Positions 10,698 through 21,518 of a stretch of DNA of 64,000 nucleotides are shown here, piece after piece. Origin of the DNA: Octopus bimaculoides (Eukaryota). Position 1 is the first letter of the stretch. Each line of letters opens with the position of its first letter. The notes beneath the pieces are model-generated. The model was not told the DNA's origin and searched no databases. It saw only the letters and a list, made by a program, of their open reading frames with translations. The stretch is from positions 173,367,293 through 173,431,292 of the forward strand of contig NC_068981.1 of NCBI RefSeq assembly GCF_001194135.2. Reading direction: 5' to 3'. Position numbers and translations under genes: made by a program.

Positions 10698-12990
10698 TCA
10701 TGATCATCATTGTTTAACATCCATTGTCCATGCTGGCATGGGTTGGACGGTTTGACCAAGCTGGCATGCTGGAAGGCTGCATCAGACTCCAGTTTGATTT
10801 GGCATGGTTTTCCATGGCTGGATGCCCTTCCTAATGCCAACCACTTTGAGAGTGTAATGGGTGCTTTTACATGCCACTGGCATGGGTGCCATTTGCTTGA
10901 CACCGGGATGTGTTTACATGCTACCGGCATGGGTGCCAATTTGCATGACACTGGTATCTGCCATGACTACAATTTTCCTTGGCTTCATGAGTCTTCTAAA
11001 GCATGACATAATGCCAAAGGTCTTGGTCATTGCCTCCGAGAGGCCCAACACTTGAAAGGAACTCAACCACTTTGCCTCTGTGAAGCCCAACATTCAAAAG
11101 ATGTTTTTTACTTGTCAACAGTACGGGTGCACTTGGCTTGACGAGACCTCTCAAGCACAGTACATTGCCAAAGGTCTCAGTCACCAGTCATTTCCACAGT
11201 GAGGCTCGAAGTTTGAAGATCATGCTTCACCACCTCGTCCCATGTCTTCCTGGGTCTACCTCCACCACAGGTTCCTTCCACAGTTCGAGATTGGCACTTC
11301 TTTACACAGTTGTCCTCGTCCATACATATCATATGACCATGCCAGTGCAGTCATGTCTCTTGCACACCACATCTGATTCCCTTATGCCTAACTTTTCTCT
11401 CAAGATGCTCACACTCTGTTGAACATGCACACTGACATTGCACAGCGAAGCATACTGGCTTCATTTCTTTCAAGCCTACGCATGTCCTCGGCTGTCACAG
11501 CCCATGTTTCACTGCCATGCAGCATAGCTGTTCACACACAGGCATCAAACAATCTGCCTTTCACTCTGAGAGCGAGGCCCTTTGTTGCCAGCAGGGGTAG
11601 GAGCTCTCTGAACTTTGCCCAACCTAATCTTATTCTCACAGCTATGCTCTCTGAGCATCCACCTCCACTATTAATGTGGTCACCTAGATAACAGAAGCTA
11701 TCTACTACCTCTAGCTTGTCCCCTGGCAGTTGATGGAGTCTATTTCCTGCACATTTTCAGCCTTTATTGTACCTGTGCATCTTCCACATGCAAAAGTTAG
11801 TTTCCCTGTTAACCTTCCTCTGATGTTGCTGCACGTTTTATGTGTCCAAAGCTTACACTGGGTGCATCTTATGGAATTTCTACCTACACCTTTTCTACAG
11901 ATTGAGCAGGGCCATCTACCTGAAGGGATTTGTGATTTGTCTGCCTTCCTACTTACTAAGACTTTGGTTTTTGCTAGGTTAACTCTAAGGACCTTTGATT
12001 CTAGACCTTGCTTCCATACCTGGAACTTCTTCTCTAGTTCTGGTAGTGACTCAGCTATTAGAGCAAGGTCATCAGCAGCCTAACTTGAATTCCTCTGTTA
12101 TTGCCTGGAGAACTAAACTGAACAAGAGGGGACTGAGCACCGATCCTTGGTGAACCCCTACCTGTACCCTGAATTCTTCACTGTACTCGTTGCCCACCCT
12201 CACCTTACTGGTAGTGACCCTGTACAAGGCTTGTATGGCTCTCACCAACCATTTGTCTATCCCTAGTTTCTGCATTGATCACCAGATAAGGCATCGGGGG
12301 ACTCTGTCAAAGGCTTTCTTCAAGTCAACAAAAGTCAAGTACAGAGGTTTATCTTTGGTTAGGTATTTCTCGTGCAGTTGCCTTACCGGAAATATAGCAT
12401 CAGTGGTGCTTCTACCTGGCACAAAACCAAACTGCATGACTCTCTCCGTAACTTTCATCACCTGATCCAACAATTTGATACCTCTGTAATTATTTCTATC
12501 TAAGGCATCACCTTTACCTTTATAGCAGTTGACTATGGTGCTGTTACACCAGTCAGTGTGTATGACTCCTTCATGAACCACATGATTTACAGTATGGGTG
12601 ACAAGGCCATAACCCACACTGCCAGATATTTTAAGCATCTCAGCAGTGATTCCTGATGGGTGGGGGTTCCCTGTCTTCACATCCTTAATTGCTTTATCTA
12701 CCAGGGTACTCATCTTTGAGGTAGCCTGCAGAAGATTATCATAAAAGTGGTCCCTCTGTTCATTTGGTAGGCCCACTTGTTGGGTGTAGGCAGATTTAAT
12801 TGTAGCTATACTATTCTGCAAAACTAGCCTGAGCTTAAGCACTCTACCGCACACTCTTACTTCCTCTATGACCTTATCCACCTATTTCTCTGCAAGAAAT
12901 ATGCCCACACCACCTTCTCCATCACTGTTACCTTCCCAGAAGATTTTATACCTATGTGTCTTGTCTGTGAGGAACCTCTGGATAAAAAAA
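10698..12990 (-). mobile_element. RTE-clade LINE, internally deleted, with complete 3' UTR and (GAT)n-type tail
   Basis: NYRGIKLLDQVMK, FGFVPGRSTTDAIF, TFVDLKKAFDRVPR, GVHQGSVLSPLLF. An APE remnant (IKSAYTQQVG) is fused directly to the RT start. Confidence 0.9.
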
Positions 12991-12994
12991 AGAA

Positions 12995-13420
12995 AATGAC
13001 TTGCTGATGTCACCAAGGCATCTTATGATGGAACTGAAGCATGTGAACTTTAGGTCCCATACATCCAAGAACTTGTAGGTAAAGTATCCACCAAAGCCAG
13101 CATAGGCCCAGCCAGGGATGAATGCTTAGCTCTATGTTCCAAAGTACAAATAGATACAAGATGGAGAAATTCAGAAAGGGCTTAATAACAAAAGCTTGAC
13201 TTAAGAACATAAATAAAAGTTCAATCTACCCACCATCCACAATTATAAACCTTGTTGGCAACATCAGCAAAAGAATTTTGAAAATTTTGTTTGATAAGGA
13301 AATCTTCAACCAAACTGCACCACTCATATAACGAAACCTAAAATCAAGTGGATTTAATGAAGAGCTGTAATACGTACCAAAACTACTACAAACAGACACT
13401 GAACAAAAGAAACTCAGGAA
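12995..13420 (+). mobile_element. Degenerate Penelope-like RT fragment
   Basis: Remnants SYDGTEACEL and HPPSTIINLVGNISKRI...EIFNQTAPL, with stops. Confidence 0.6.
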
Positions 13421-14249
13421 AAGATGTATCTGGTTTAACCCACTCTCCAGCCTGAATGTAGATATAAATATAGCACACATCTTCCTAATACTAATCAGCA
13501 AGCATTTCCCAATTGATCACAAATACTATAAATAAGCAAAAGAGAAGTGTAGCTGAGTGATTGAGAAGCTATGCTTCTCAACCATGTGGTTTCAGGTTCA
13601 GTCTCACTGAAGCCTTGGGTATATATTTTCTATTATAGCCCCAGGCCAACCAAAACCTTGTGAGTGGATTTGGTATACATTTGTGTGTGTGCATGTTTGC
13701 ATGTACCCTTATCTTGAGTTGTGATGGTTGTAAATGAGTATCACTGTCAAACAAGCAATGCTGTTTGTTTCCAGTTTGGCCAAGAGGAATTATTATCTTG
13801 CTTGAAGGCAAGTGAGATTTGACAACAGGGATAACATCCGGCCATAGAAAATCTGCCTGTACATAAATATGTGTGTGTACACACGTACACACACAGTCTT
13901 GAGCCTTTAGGCCCATTAGGCAGAAGCTTATCTTGGTTTCTAGTTATGTAAAGTGTCTGAGAATTCAACACTTCACTGAATGGAATGCCAATCTGTTGCA
14001 GGATTAGCCTCCCCCCCACCATTGCTGTTGCCAGTACTCAATTCCACTTGAGTGGACTGAAGAAATGTGAAATATATAAGCAATTTAGTAGTAGTGAGAT
14101 GTCAGGTGCGAATATCTGTCCATGTGTCAGAACAAGAACTCCTCAATCATCATCAAACGATCACATTCACTTTTTCTTACAGATGCAGAAAACAGAAATT
14201 GAATAACCAATCATCATTGGAAACTCTGTTCCTTCTGTTAGGTATAACA

Positions 14250-14370
14250 GTTAAAGGCTGTCACCATCAACATTGGCTCAATGAAAGGTAGAGCTGGACA
14301 GATTGTAGACATACTGGAATGGAGGCTTGTAGAGTTGTGCTGTGTACAAGAGATAAGATGAAGGTGTACA
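14250..14370 (+). mobile_element. RTE endonuclease N-terminal remnant
   Basis: TINIGSMKGRAGQIVDILEWRLVELCCVQEIR. Confidence 0.6.
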
Positions 14371-15703
14371 AGAAATAAGATGAACCATGGGAAAATATTA
14401 CCTTACTTGAAAACAAGTAAGAGTTGGTGTCAGGGAAAAGCAGCCAACTGTAAAAAAAATCTGCTTCAATAAACTCTATCCAACCTATGCAAGCACAGAA
14501 AATTGGACATTAAAACAATGATGCTGATATAAAGCATATCACAATCATGATCACATAACAATAGTCTTAGCTGTTCTGTTTATTTCTGTTCAAGTGAAAT
14601 GGCTAGGAGTTTGTTGATTTGATATTTAGAAATGACTTGCTGGTTTCTGACACCAACTATATCAAACTTACAGTTCTACCATCTAATTCAGGGGCCGGGT
14701 AACTTTTTAACCAATTACCCCAAAATATATTTATTTACAACAACATAACTGGTACCTGTGCTGGTGGCATATGAAAAGCCCCTTTCAAGACACATGAAAA
14801 GTTCCTTTTGAGTGTTGGTCCACACGGAGGCAATGTTGTACTTGAGAAGAAGCCCCATCAAGCCAAGTAAAATTACAGTTGTGGCAGATACTGGTGTCAT
14901 ACAAATGGCACCCATACTGGTGGCACGTAAAAGCACCTATTACACTCTCAGAGTGGTTGGTGTGAGGAAGGGCATCCAGCCATAGAAACCATGCCAAATT
15001 AGACTGGAGTCTGGTGTGGCCTTCCAGGTTGCCAACCCTGGTTGAACTGTCCAATCCACGTGAGCATGGACAACACACACTAAATAATGATGATGTTACC
15101 CCCTTGATTTGAAAGTAAGAAAATCACAGGATTCTTTAAATTCAAAAGGTTTATTGAATCTATATGGAAAATACAATTATAAATATAAAAAGTATAAAAC
15201 AAATGCAATAGAATAAATATCCTCGTTATGAAACAAAAGGATTTTTCTCAAAACTTTTTCACTTCAGGTTTTGGAGAAATGACGTTTCATTTTTGTTACA
15301 ATTACAACAAAATTGGGGCATTTTGATGTTTTCATGTTCATTAGAGTGGAAAATCCTTGTTTGCAAAGGTAGGTTGTTGCAAAAGGTAGCAACTTTTTGA
15401 CTGCCTCCTCATGTTACAAGTAAAAAATTTTTGTCGTAACAAGGAACACATTTTTTTAAATATAATTTTACTTATGTCTAATGAAGACTCATTAGACATA
15501 CCTACAAGAATTTCATTTTTACCCTGTTTCGCCGACCCCTGTTGTACTTTAAGGTTAATGTATAATATTGCAAGATGTGCAGATATCTATCACCATCATG
15601 TAATAGTCTCTTGCTTGTTTTAGTACACTAGTCACTATTTCATAGGAGGGAAATAACTAATAACAGATTTTCAGAATAATTAACCTATAGCACACTGTAA
15701 GTG

Positions 15704-15793
15704 CATCATGTCACTGTACAAGTTTTCTCCCTTCTCAATGCAGCACAATATGCCTTCAGTTACAGGGGAGAAAACTTGTATGGTGACATGATG
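15704..15793. repeat. 28-bp inverted repeat (hairpin)
   Basis: catcatgtcactgtacaagttttctccc and gggagaaaacttgtatggtgacatgatg; 26 Watson-Crick plus 2 G-U pairs. Confidence 0.8.
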
Positions 15794-17569
15794 TGCCTAA
15801 GCACGCTGAAAGTTAAAATAATGTTATAGTGGATATTCTACAATAACAACCTAAATTTCTCTACATTTCTTATAAATGTTTATATTTGAAACTTTATTAG
15901 AAACATTACAAGCAAAATCTTAGCTTTGTTCTTTGTGGTTGACTTTCATGTGAAGTTTTTCATGAGACTTTGAGCCTATGGAGAATCACTTAATTTCTTA
16001 ATTGGGTAAAGAGAGAAATTGAAAGTAAAATTAATCTTTACAAATGGATTGCATTTTCATCAGCAAACAAAAAGTATTATGATTATAAGGTGATGATGAA
16101 AAATATTTATTGCATGAATTAAGAAAGTGAATCAAAGCTTGAGTGAAGATTTCTTAAGATAGCTTTTGAAACCAGGAAGATAATCAGATAGTAAAACTAA
16201 AGATGAAAATAGAGCAAGATACAGAATAATTATTTATCTAAAAAGATCACTGTATCAACCAGACTACCAGATGTTGTTATTACACCTCTGGTCATAATAT
16301 GCTTCCTTACATTGTTGTAGTTTTTAAATGATGTCACCCTATTGGCTAGCTGGGCAGGCCTATGACAGGTAAATAACCAAGATCCTGATGCTTCTCTTAA
16401 ATAGGATGCCTATTTGTTGCATGGTTACTAATTTGCAGCTGAATGAAATAAAGTATTTTGCTCAAGAACACAATTCACCTTTGGTCCAGCAATCAAGACC
16501 ATGATTTTGTGATCATTTGTGCAACATTGTAGCCAATTAGACTGTATACCTTCACATGTGAAATATATGTTTGCTTATTTAAGCTTAAAATCACTGATTC
16601 ATAGGTCAGGTATAATGTTTTTTCTTCATTAGAGGGCATTAGTGGCATAAATAACAAGAATTATACCCAACAGTATATAATATAGGTTTGTCAGGAACTC
16701 ACCTACAAATAATGAGTACAAATTGTTAAGTTTAAATTGTATGATTAATTTCATTCACCCATGTAGAAATAGAAATATGACACTTTAAATGATGCATTTG
16801 GATGGCAACAGAATAATTTCTAAAAAAAAGCAGTAATTAACAAACCCAAATCTTGTTAAACTATTCTTATAATAACTTCTAATAAACTAATTAAAAATAG
16901 GAAGTATTTCTAATAGCTGCGAAACAAGGGAGACTTTGAATATAGTAATTTGATCAAACCTGGGGATGTTGGATTTATTGTTAAGATATTGCAGGATCAA
17001 GTGCTATAGAAAAATACAGCTGTGTAGGTGTTAGTAATCTCCATGCTAGCAGTGGACAATGATCATTAGCAGAAAAACAGATGTTGATAGGATCACTCCT
17101 ATACAATGGTTAATAATGACATTTCTTAGCTGCTGATGGCCTGAATGTGATTGCAAATTAGGACAATTGGTACTTGAGATAAGTAGGGTTATTTTGAGTT
17201 CTAGATTGTTGTAACCAGTTTTATATATCAACATAATTTTCAATATTTTTGTTACTGTCTAAGTTATTACACCAGATAAAAATATTTCATTTTAGCTCTA
17301 TTCCTTTATTATAGAAATAAATAATAATATTCATTATAAGAATAAATAATATTGTTATAAGGTCAGAGTGATAAATATTTGCAGTTATGAAGTATTTGAC
17401 ATTGCCTTTCACTGTAGGATATGAAATTTAAAATGTTTACTAGACTGTCTCTGAATATCAGATTAATTTAGAATTAGTTTATTTATCTGACAAGAGTTTA
17501 CTATATTTTGGTTTCCTCCAATTTTTGCCTTTTATGACACACAGAGGAGATGTTGGTTCTATTCTTTGA

Positions 17570-20500
17570 CATGCCACTCCTCACACGGCATGAAAGAGGT
17601 AGGATCTGCATTCCAACCTCGTAAAACCCTCATCAGCGACAATCTTTTGTGCAACACCCCAAATTTCTCTCCTATGGGCAATTACCTCAACTGCCTATAC
17701 AGCAACTGTGACAAAGTCATCAGAACTGCCATCTGCTAAATGGGGAAAACCCTGGAGGATTGGATGGGCTGGAAGGGTGTTGCCTGAGAGGTGCAAAGGT
17801 GTCATCCACCAGGAATAGGAAATCTCAGTTCAACCTGAGGAAACCTATTTGAGTGGGGACCTAGAATGTTCTCTCTCTGAGGGATAGTTCCTGCCTGCCC
17901 CTGTTGTCTTTGGAACTCAGCTATTTTCGAGTTGCTGTAGGAGCCTTATCAGAGGTGCATCATCCAAGGAGGAGCAACATCTCAACTGGTGGTTACATCT
18001 ACTATTTACTGGTCTGGGCACTCTGATGGCTGGCATTACAGAGAGGTAGCAGTTGTAGTACCTGACTGGCTGGTTCCAATTATTTAGATGTAACACCTGT
18101 CAACGAGTGTTATTATGCAGCTGAGGATCTGATATTCTCTCTCAAATCTGTCATTTTCTTGCTTGCAGTGCATGCTTTGACTGCTATGAGTGACAGGTTG
18201 GTGAGGGACATATTCTTCACCCATCTGTGCTCTGTTGTCATGGGAAATTTTAACCGGGGTTGACAGAATGGGATATGAATGTGTTGTTGGCCCTTTTGGA
18301 TCTGATGCTGAACAAATGGGGTGTGATGCCCCTGTACATGGATTTTGCATTTCTGGCTCCTGGTACCAATATCTTGAACTGTATCACTGGATTTGGTATT
18401 CTAATACTGGCTGTATGGCAAAAGAGATTGACCATGTACTTGTAGTTGACTGCAGGAGCCTCCTACAGAACTGCAGGGTTTTTTGGAGTGCTAGTTTCTT
18501 GGGCACCAACCACAGACTTATTGTGGCTGAGTTGAGATTGTGACTGAAGTCTAAGAGGCTGAAGGCAGTCAGTCCTAGACTGAATGTTGACAGACTCAAT
18601 AACAACACTGTAAGTAAGACTTATTTGCAGTAACTTAGATCTGTGCTACCTGGGGCTGACTTTATGTCTGATCCAATAACAATGCGGGAAACTTACAGGG
18701 ACACCCTACTGTCGACTGCGAGGGAATTTATTGGTTTCCAAAATTGGACCAGGAAACGTTTTATTTCCAGGGAGACCCTTGTATTGGGGGAGTGTAGCTG
18801 CAGGGCAAGACTGGGTGGTGATTTGCTTTGGGAGCTGAGATGTGGGGTAGTCAGGGCACTGAGGTCCAACAAGGAAAAGCAGTCCAAGAAATTTGTAAGA
18901 AGGTTGAGACTGTGTCATATGTCTGACTCATGTACTGTCTACAGAGAAATCACTTTGATTGCAGTGGGGGTGAAGCCACCCCATCGATGTTCTGAAGTCT
19001 TAGACTCTTGTGCACTCCTGATGGAGGTGCCTAAGGTGATGGTTCACTGGGCATTGTACTTTGAGGAATTATATAAGGTGGACCTACCTAGTACTGATCT
19101 GAATACCATGATGCCTTCAGTACTGGTGACTGACCAGCCAGTCAGCTATGATCTGCTGTCTGAAGATGAGGTTCATATAGCAGTAAATTACTGGAAGATT
19201 GGGAAGGCAGCTGGTGTTTGTGACATCTATGGGAAGATGATCAAGAAAGGTGGTCCTGCTGCAGTCATGTTTTTGCAGCAGATCTGGAGCAGTGACATTA
19301 TACTGCTGGACTGGAAGAGGGGCATAACTATCTCACTTTGGAAAGTTAAAGGTGACAACTACAACAATTATAGGGCTGTTACACTCCTCTCAATGCCTGG
19401 TAAAGCCTTTGTCAGGGTCATCCTGAACAGAGTGTGAAATCATCTGCTTGCATCTCAGCAACCGGAGAAGTCAGGGTTCATGTCAAAGAGGTCGACTACT
19501 GACAGGATCCTAGCTCGTTTTGTACTCATTGAATGCAAGCAGAGCTTTCAGCAGGGGCTGCTTGCAACCTATGTTGACCTCTGGTGGACAGGAATGTGAT
19601 TCTGGAGCTGTAAGTTATACCTCCTCAGCTGATTGGGCTGATGATGGCCTTGTACACTGGAACAGTCAGTGCAGTTCAGATTAGGGGATCAACATCTGTC
19701 ATTTTCCCAGTTAGAGCTGGGGCCCATCAAGTTGCGTCTTGGTTCTGATCTGTTCAGTGACTGCATAGATTGGATACTCAATTGAGTTGTGGTGCACTCA
19801 TTTGTGAAACTAGGATTACAAAACTAGATTTTGCTGATGTTGCAGTTATTCTTATTGAGTCTCTGGATGTCTTAAGGAGTATTCTCTTTTCAATGAGTAA
19901 GGAAGAGGAGCTACTTGACTTTGGAGTCTCTTGGGTCAAGACAAAAATCCAGTCCTTCCTTGATATCTAGGAGGGCTGTGCCTCTTCTGTCTCTGTTGTG
20001 GGTGAGAATGCTGAAATTGTTGATTGATTCACTTATCTCAGCTGTGAGATTCATAGTGGCATTAGCTGTAAGTCTGAAGTCCTAAAAAGACTGGGACAAA
20101 CTCGTACAGTTGTGGACTCATTTGACCAAGGTGTTTGGCCCTCCTGATATCTGTGCAGGAAGATAAAGGTTCGGGTCTTTAGGTCTTTGGTCCTCCTTGT
20201 CCATCCGTATAGTTGCAAGAGTTGGACACTGTCCTGGGCCCTTAGGAGCCACTTGAACTCCTTTGGTACCAGGATGCTTCACAGGATTATGGATTACCAC
20301 TGGTTGGATTTCATATCCATTTGATTACTCTGCTCAGAAACTGGGATGCATCCTGTCACTTGTATGATTTGGGAATGCTATCTGAGACTGTTTAGCAACG
20401 TTGCTTGATTTTCCAAGTTAGACCTTGCTTACTGTGTTCTCTTCACCGAAGTTCCAGCTGGGTTGATGTCTCATGTTGGTCAACCATATGCCACATGGTC

Positions 20501-20652
20501 ATGGCAGATAAAGAGGTATCTTGTGGAGATGGGAACTGACTGGGACTCTACTCGACAGGTCATTAGGAGGACCCAGGAATATACCAACAAATGGCAAATG
20601 CAGCAGTAACATACTGCAACAATGACGCATGTCCTTACACCTGACCTGACCT
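17570..20652 (+). mobile_element. Near full-length degenerate RTE-clade LINE (different subfamily) with (ACCTG)n tail
   Basis: APE: WYSNTGCMAKEIDHVLV...GTNHRLIVAEL. RT: GKAAGVCDI, NNYRAVTLLSMPGK, ITKLDFADVAV. Ends acacctgacctgacct. Confidence 0.88.
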
Positions 20653-21019
20653 CCAATCTTCTCCAGACTGATTATCATTATTGCTTAAAATTATCAAAAC
20701 ATTTTTTCATTATACCTACATGACTACATCTGAAAAATGTTGGAAGTCAGTATTAAATCTTTATATCTTTTTCATTTTAATTGGGCAGTTTTCTTGGTAG
20801 TTTTCTTTTTTTTTTTTTTTTTTTTTTTTTTTTGTTAAGTTGCAATAGTCTGAAGTTTGTGTTAGGAAGAGCATCCAACCATAGAAACCATGCCAAAGCA
20901 GACACTGGAGCATGATGCAGTCTTTGGGACTCGTTAGGTCCTGTCAAATTGTCAAATCCATGCTAGAATGGAATATGGATGTTAAATTATGATGATGCTG
21001 ATGATATTGCAAAGTACAG

Positions 21020-21250
21020 ATAAAACAATATTTAAATTAAACTTATGGCCACATTGTATTGACCCTTCCCTCATCATTCCCTTCAAAAAATCAACAACCA
21101 GTCTCATTCAGTGTCAGATGCTTTAAATCCAATAGGTCTTGGTGTTTATAATCAAGACAACAGTAATATATGAAGCTGTTTGCAAAACAACTATTGCAGT
21201 ATTTAAAAAGTAAGTACAATGCTAAACAGAGTTATTTAAACATGAAACAT
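21020..21250 (+). mobile_element. Degenerate Penelope-like GIY-YIG fragment
   Basis: Remnant TVIYEAVCKT...KYN pattern typical of the PLE endonuclease region; heavily decayed. Confidence 0.35.
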
Positions 21251-21322
21251 CCCTTTCTTGTATTTTAAGATTGTCTTTAATGTTGATTTGGTATTCTATG
21301 ATTTTAGAGTTTTCTCTTTCAG

Positions 21323-21518
21323 TTTTCAAAGAAATTCATATTTCTTTGCTTTCTCGTGACCTGAAAACAACTGTCAAAACTATTTTAAAGACTTGCAACT
21401 TACCTCTGGATTATGTTGATCATGTTGCGAATCAGAGCAAAATCAACACAAATTCTCCTGTATACAAACCCCTGGATACATCAATAGTCATGAAGCCTAA
21501 CCCTCAAATAAGTTTACA
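21323..21518 (+). CDS. TCAIM: TCAIM coding exon (first one found; phase 1 in, phase 2 out)
   Basis: tttctctttcAG acceptor, GTAAGT donor; FKEIHISLLSRDLKTTVKTILKTCNLPLDYV... Confidence 0.85.

Noticed and set aside
15478-15560. SNEDSL as the missing TCAIM NENSL exon
   Set aside because: Similarity stops after five residues, there are no suitable splice sites, and the context looks like a decayed repeat.
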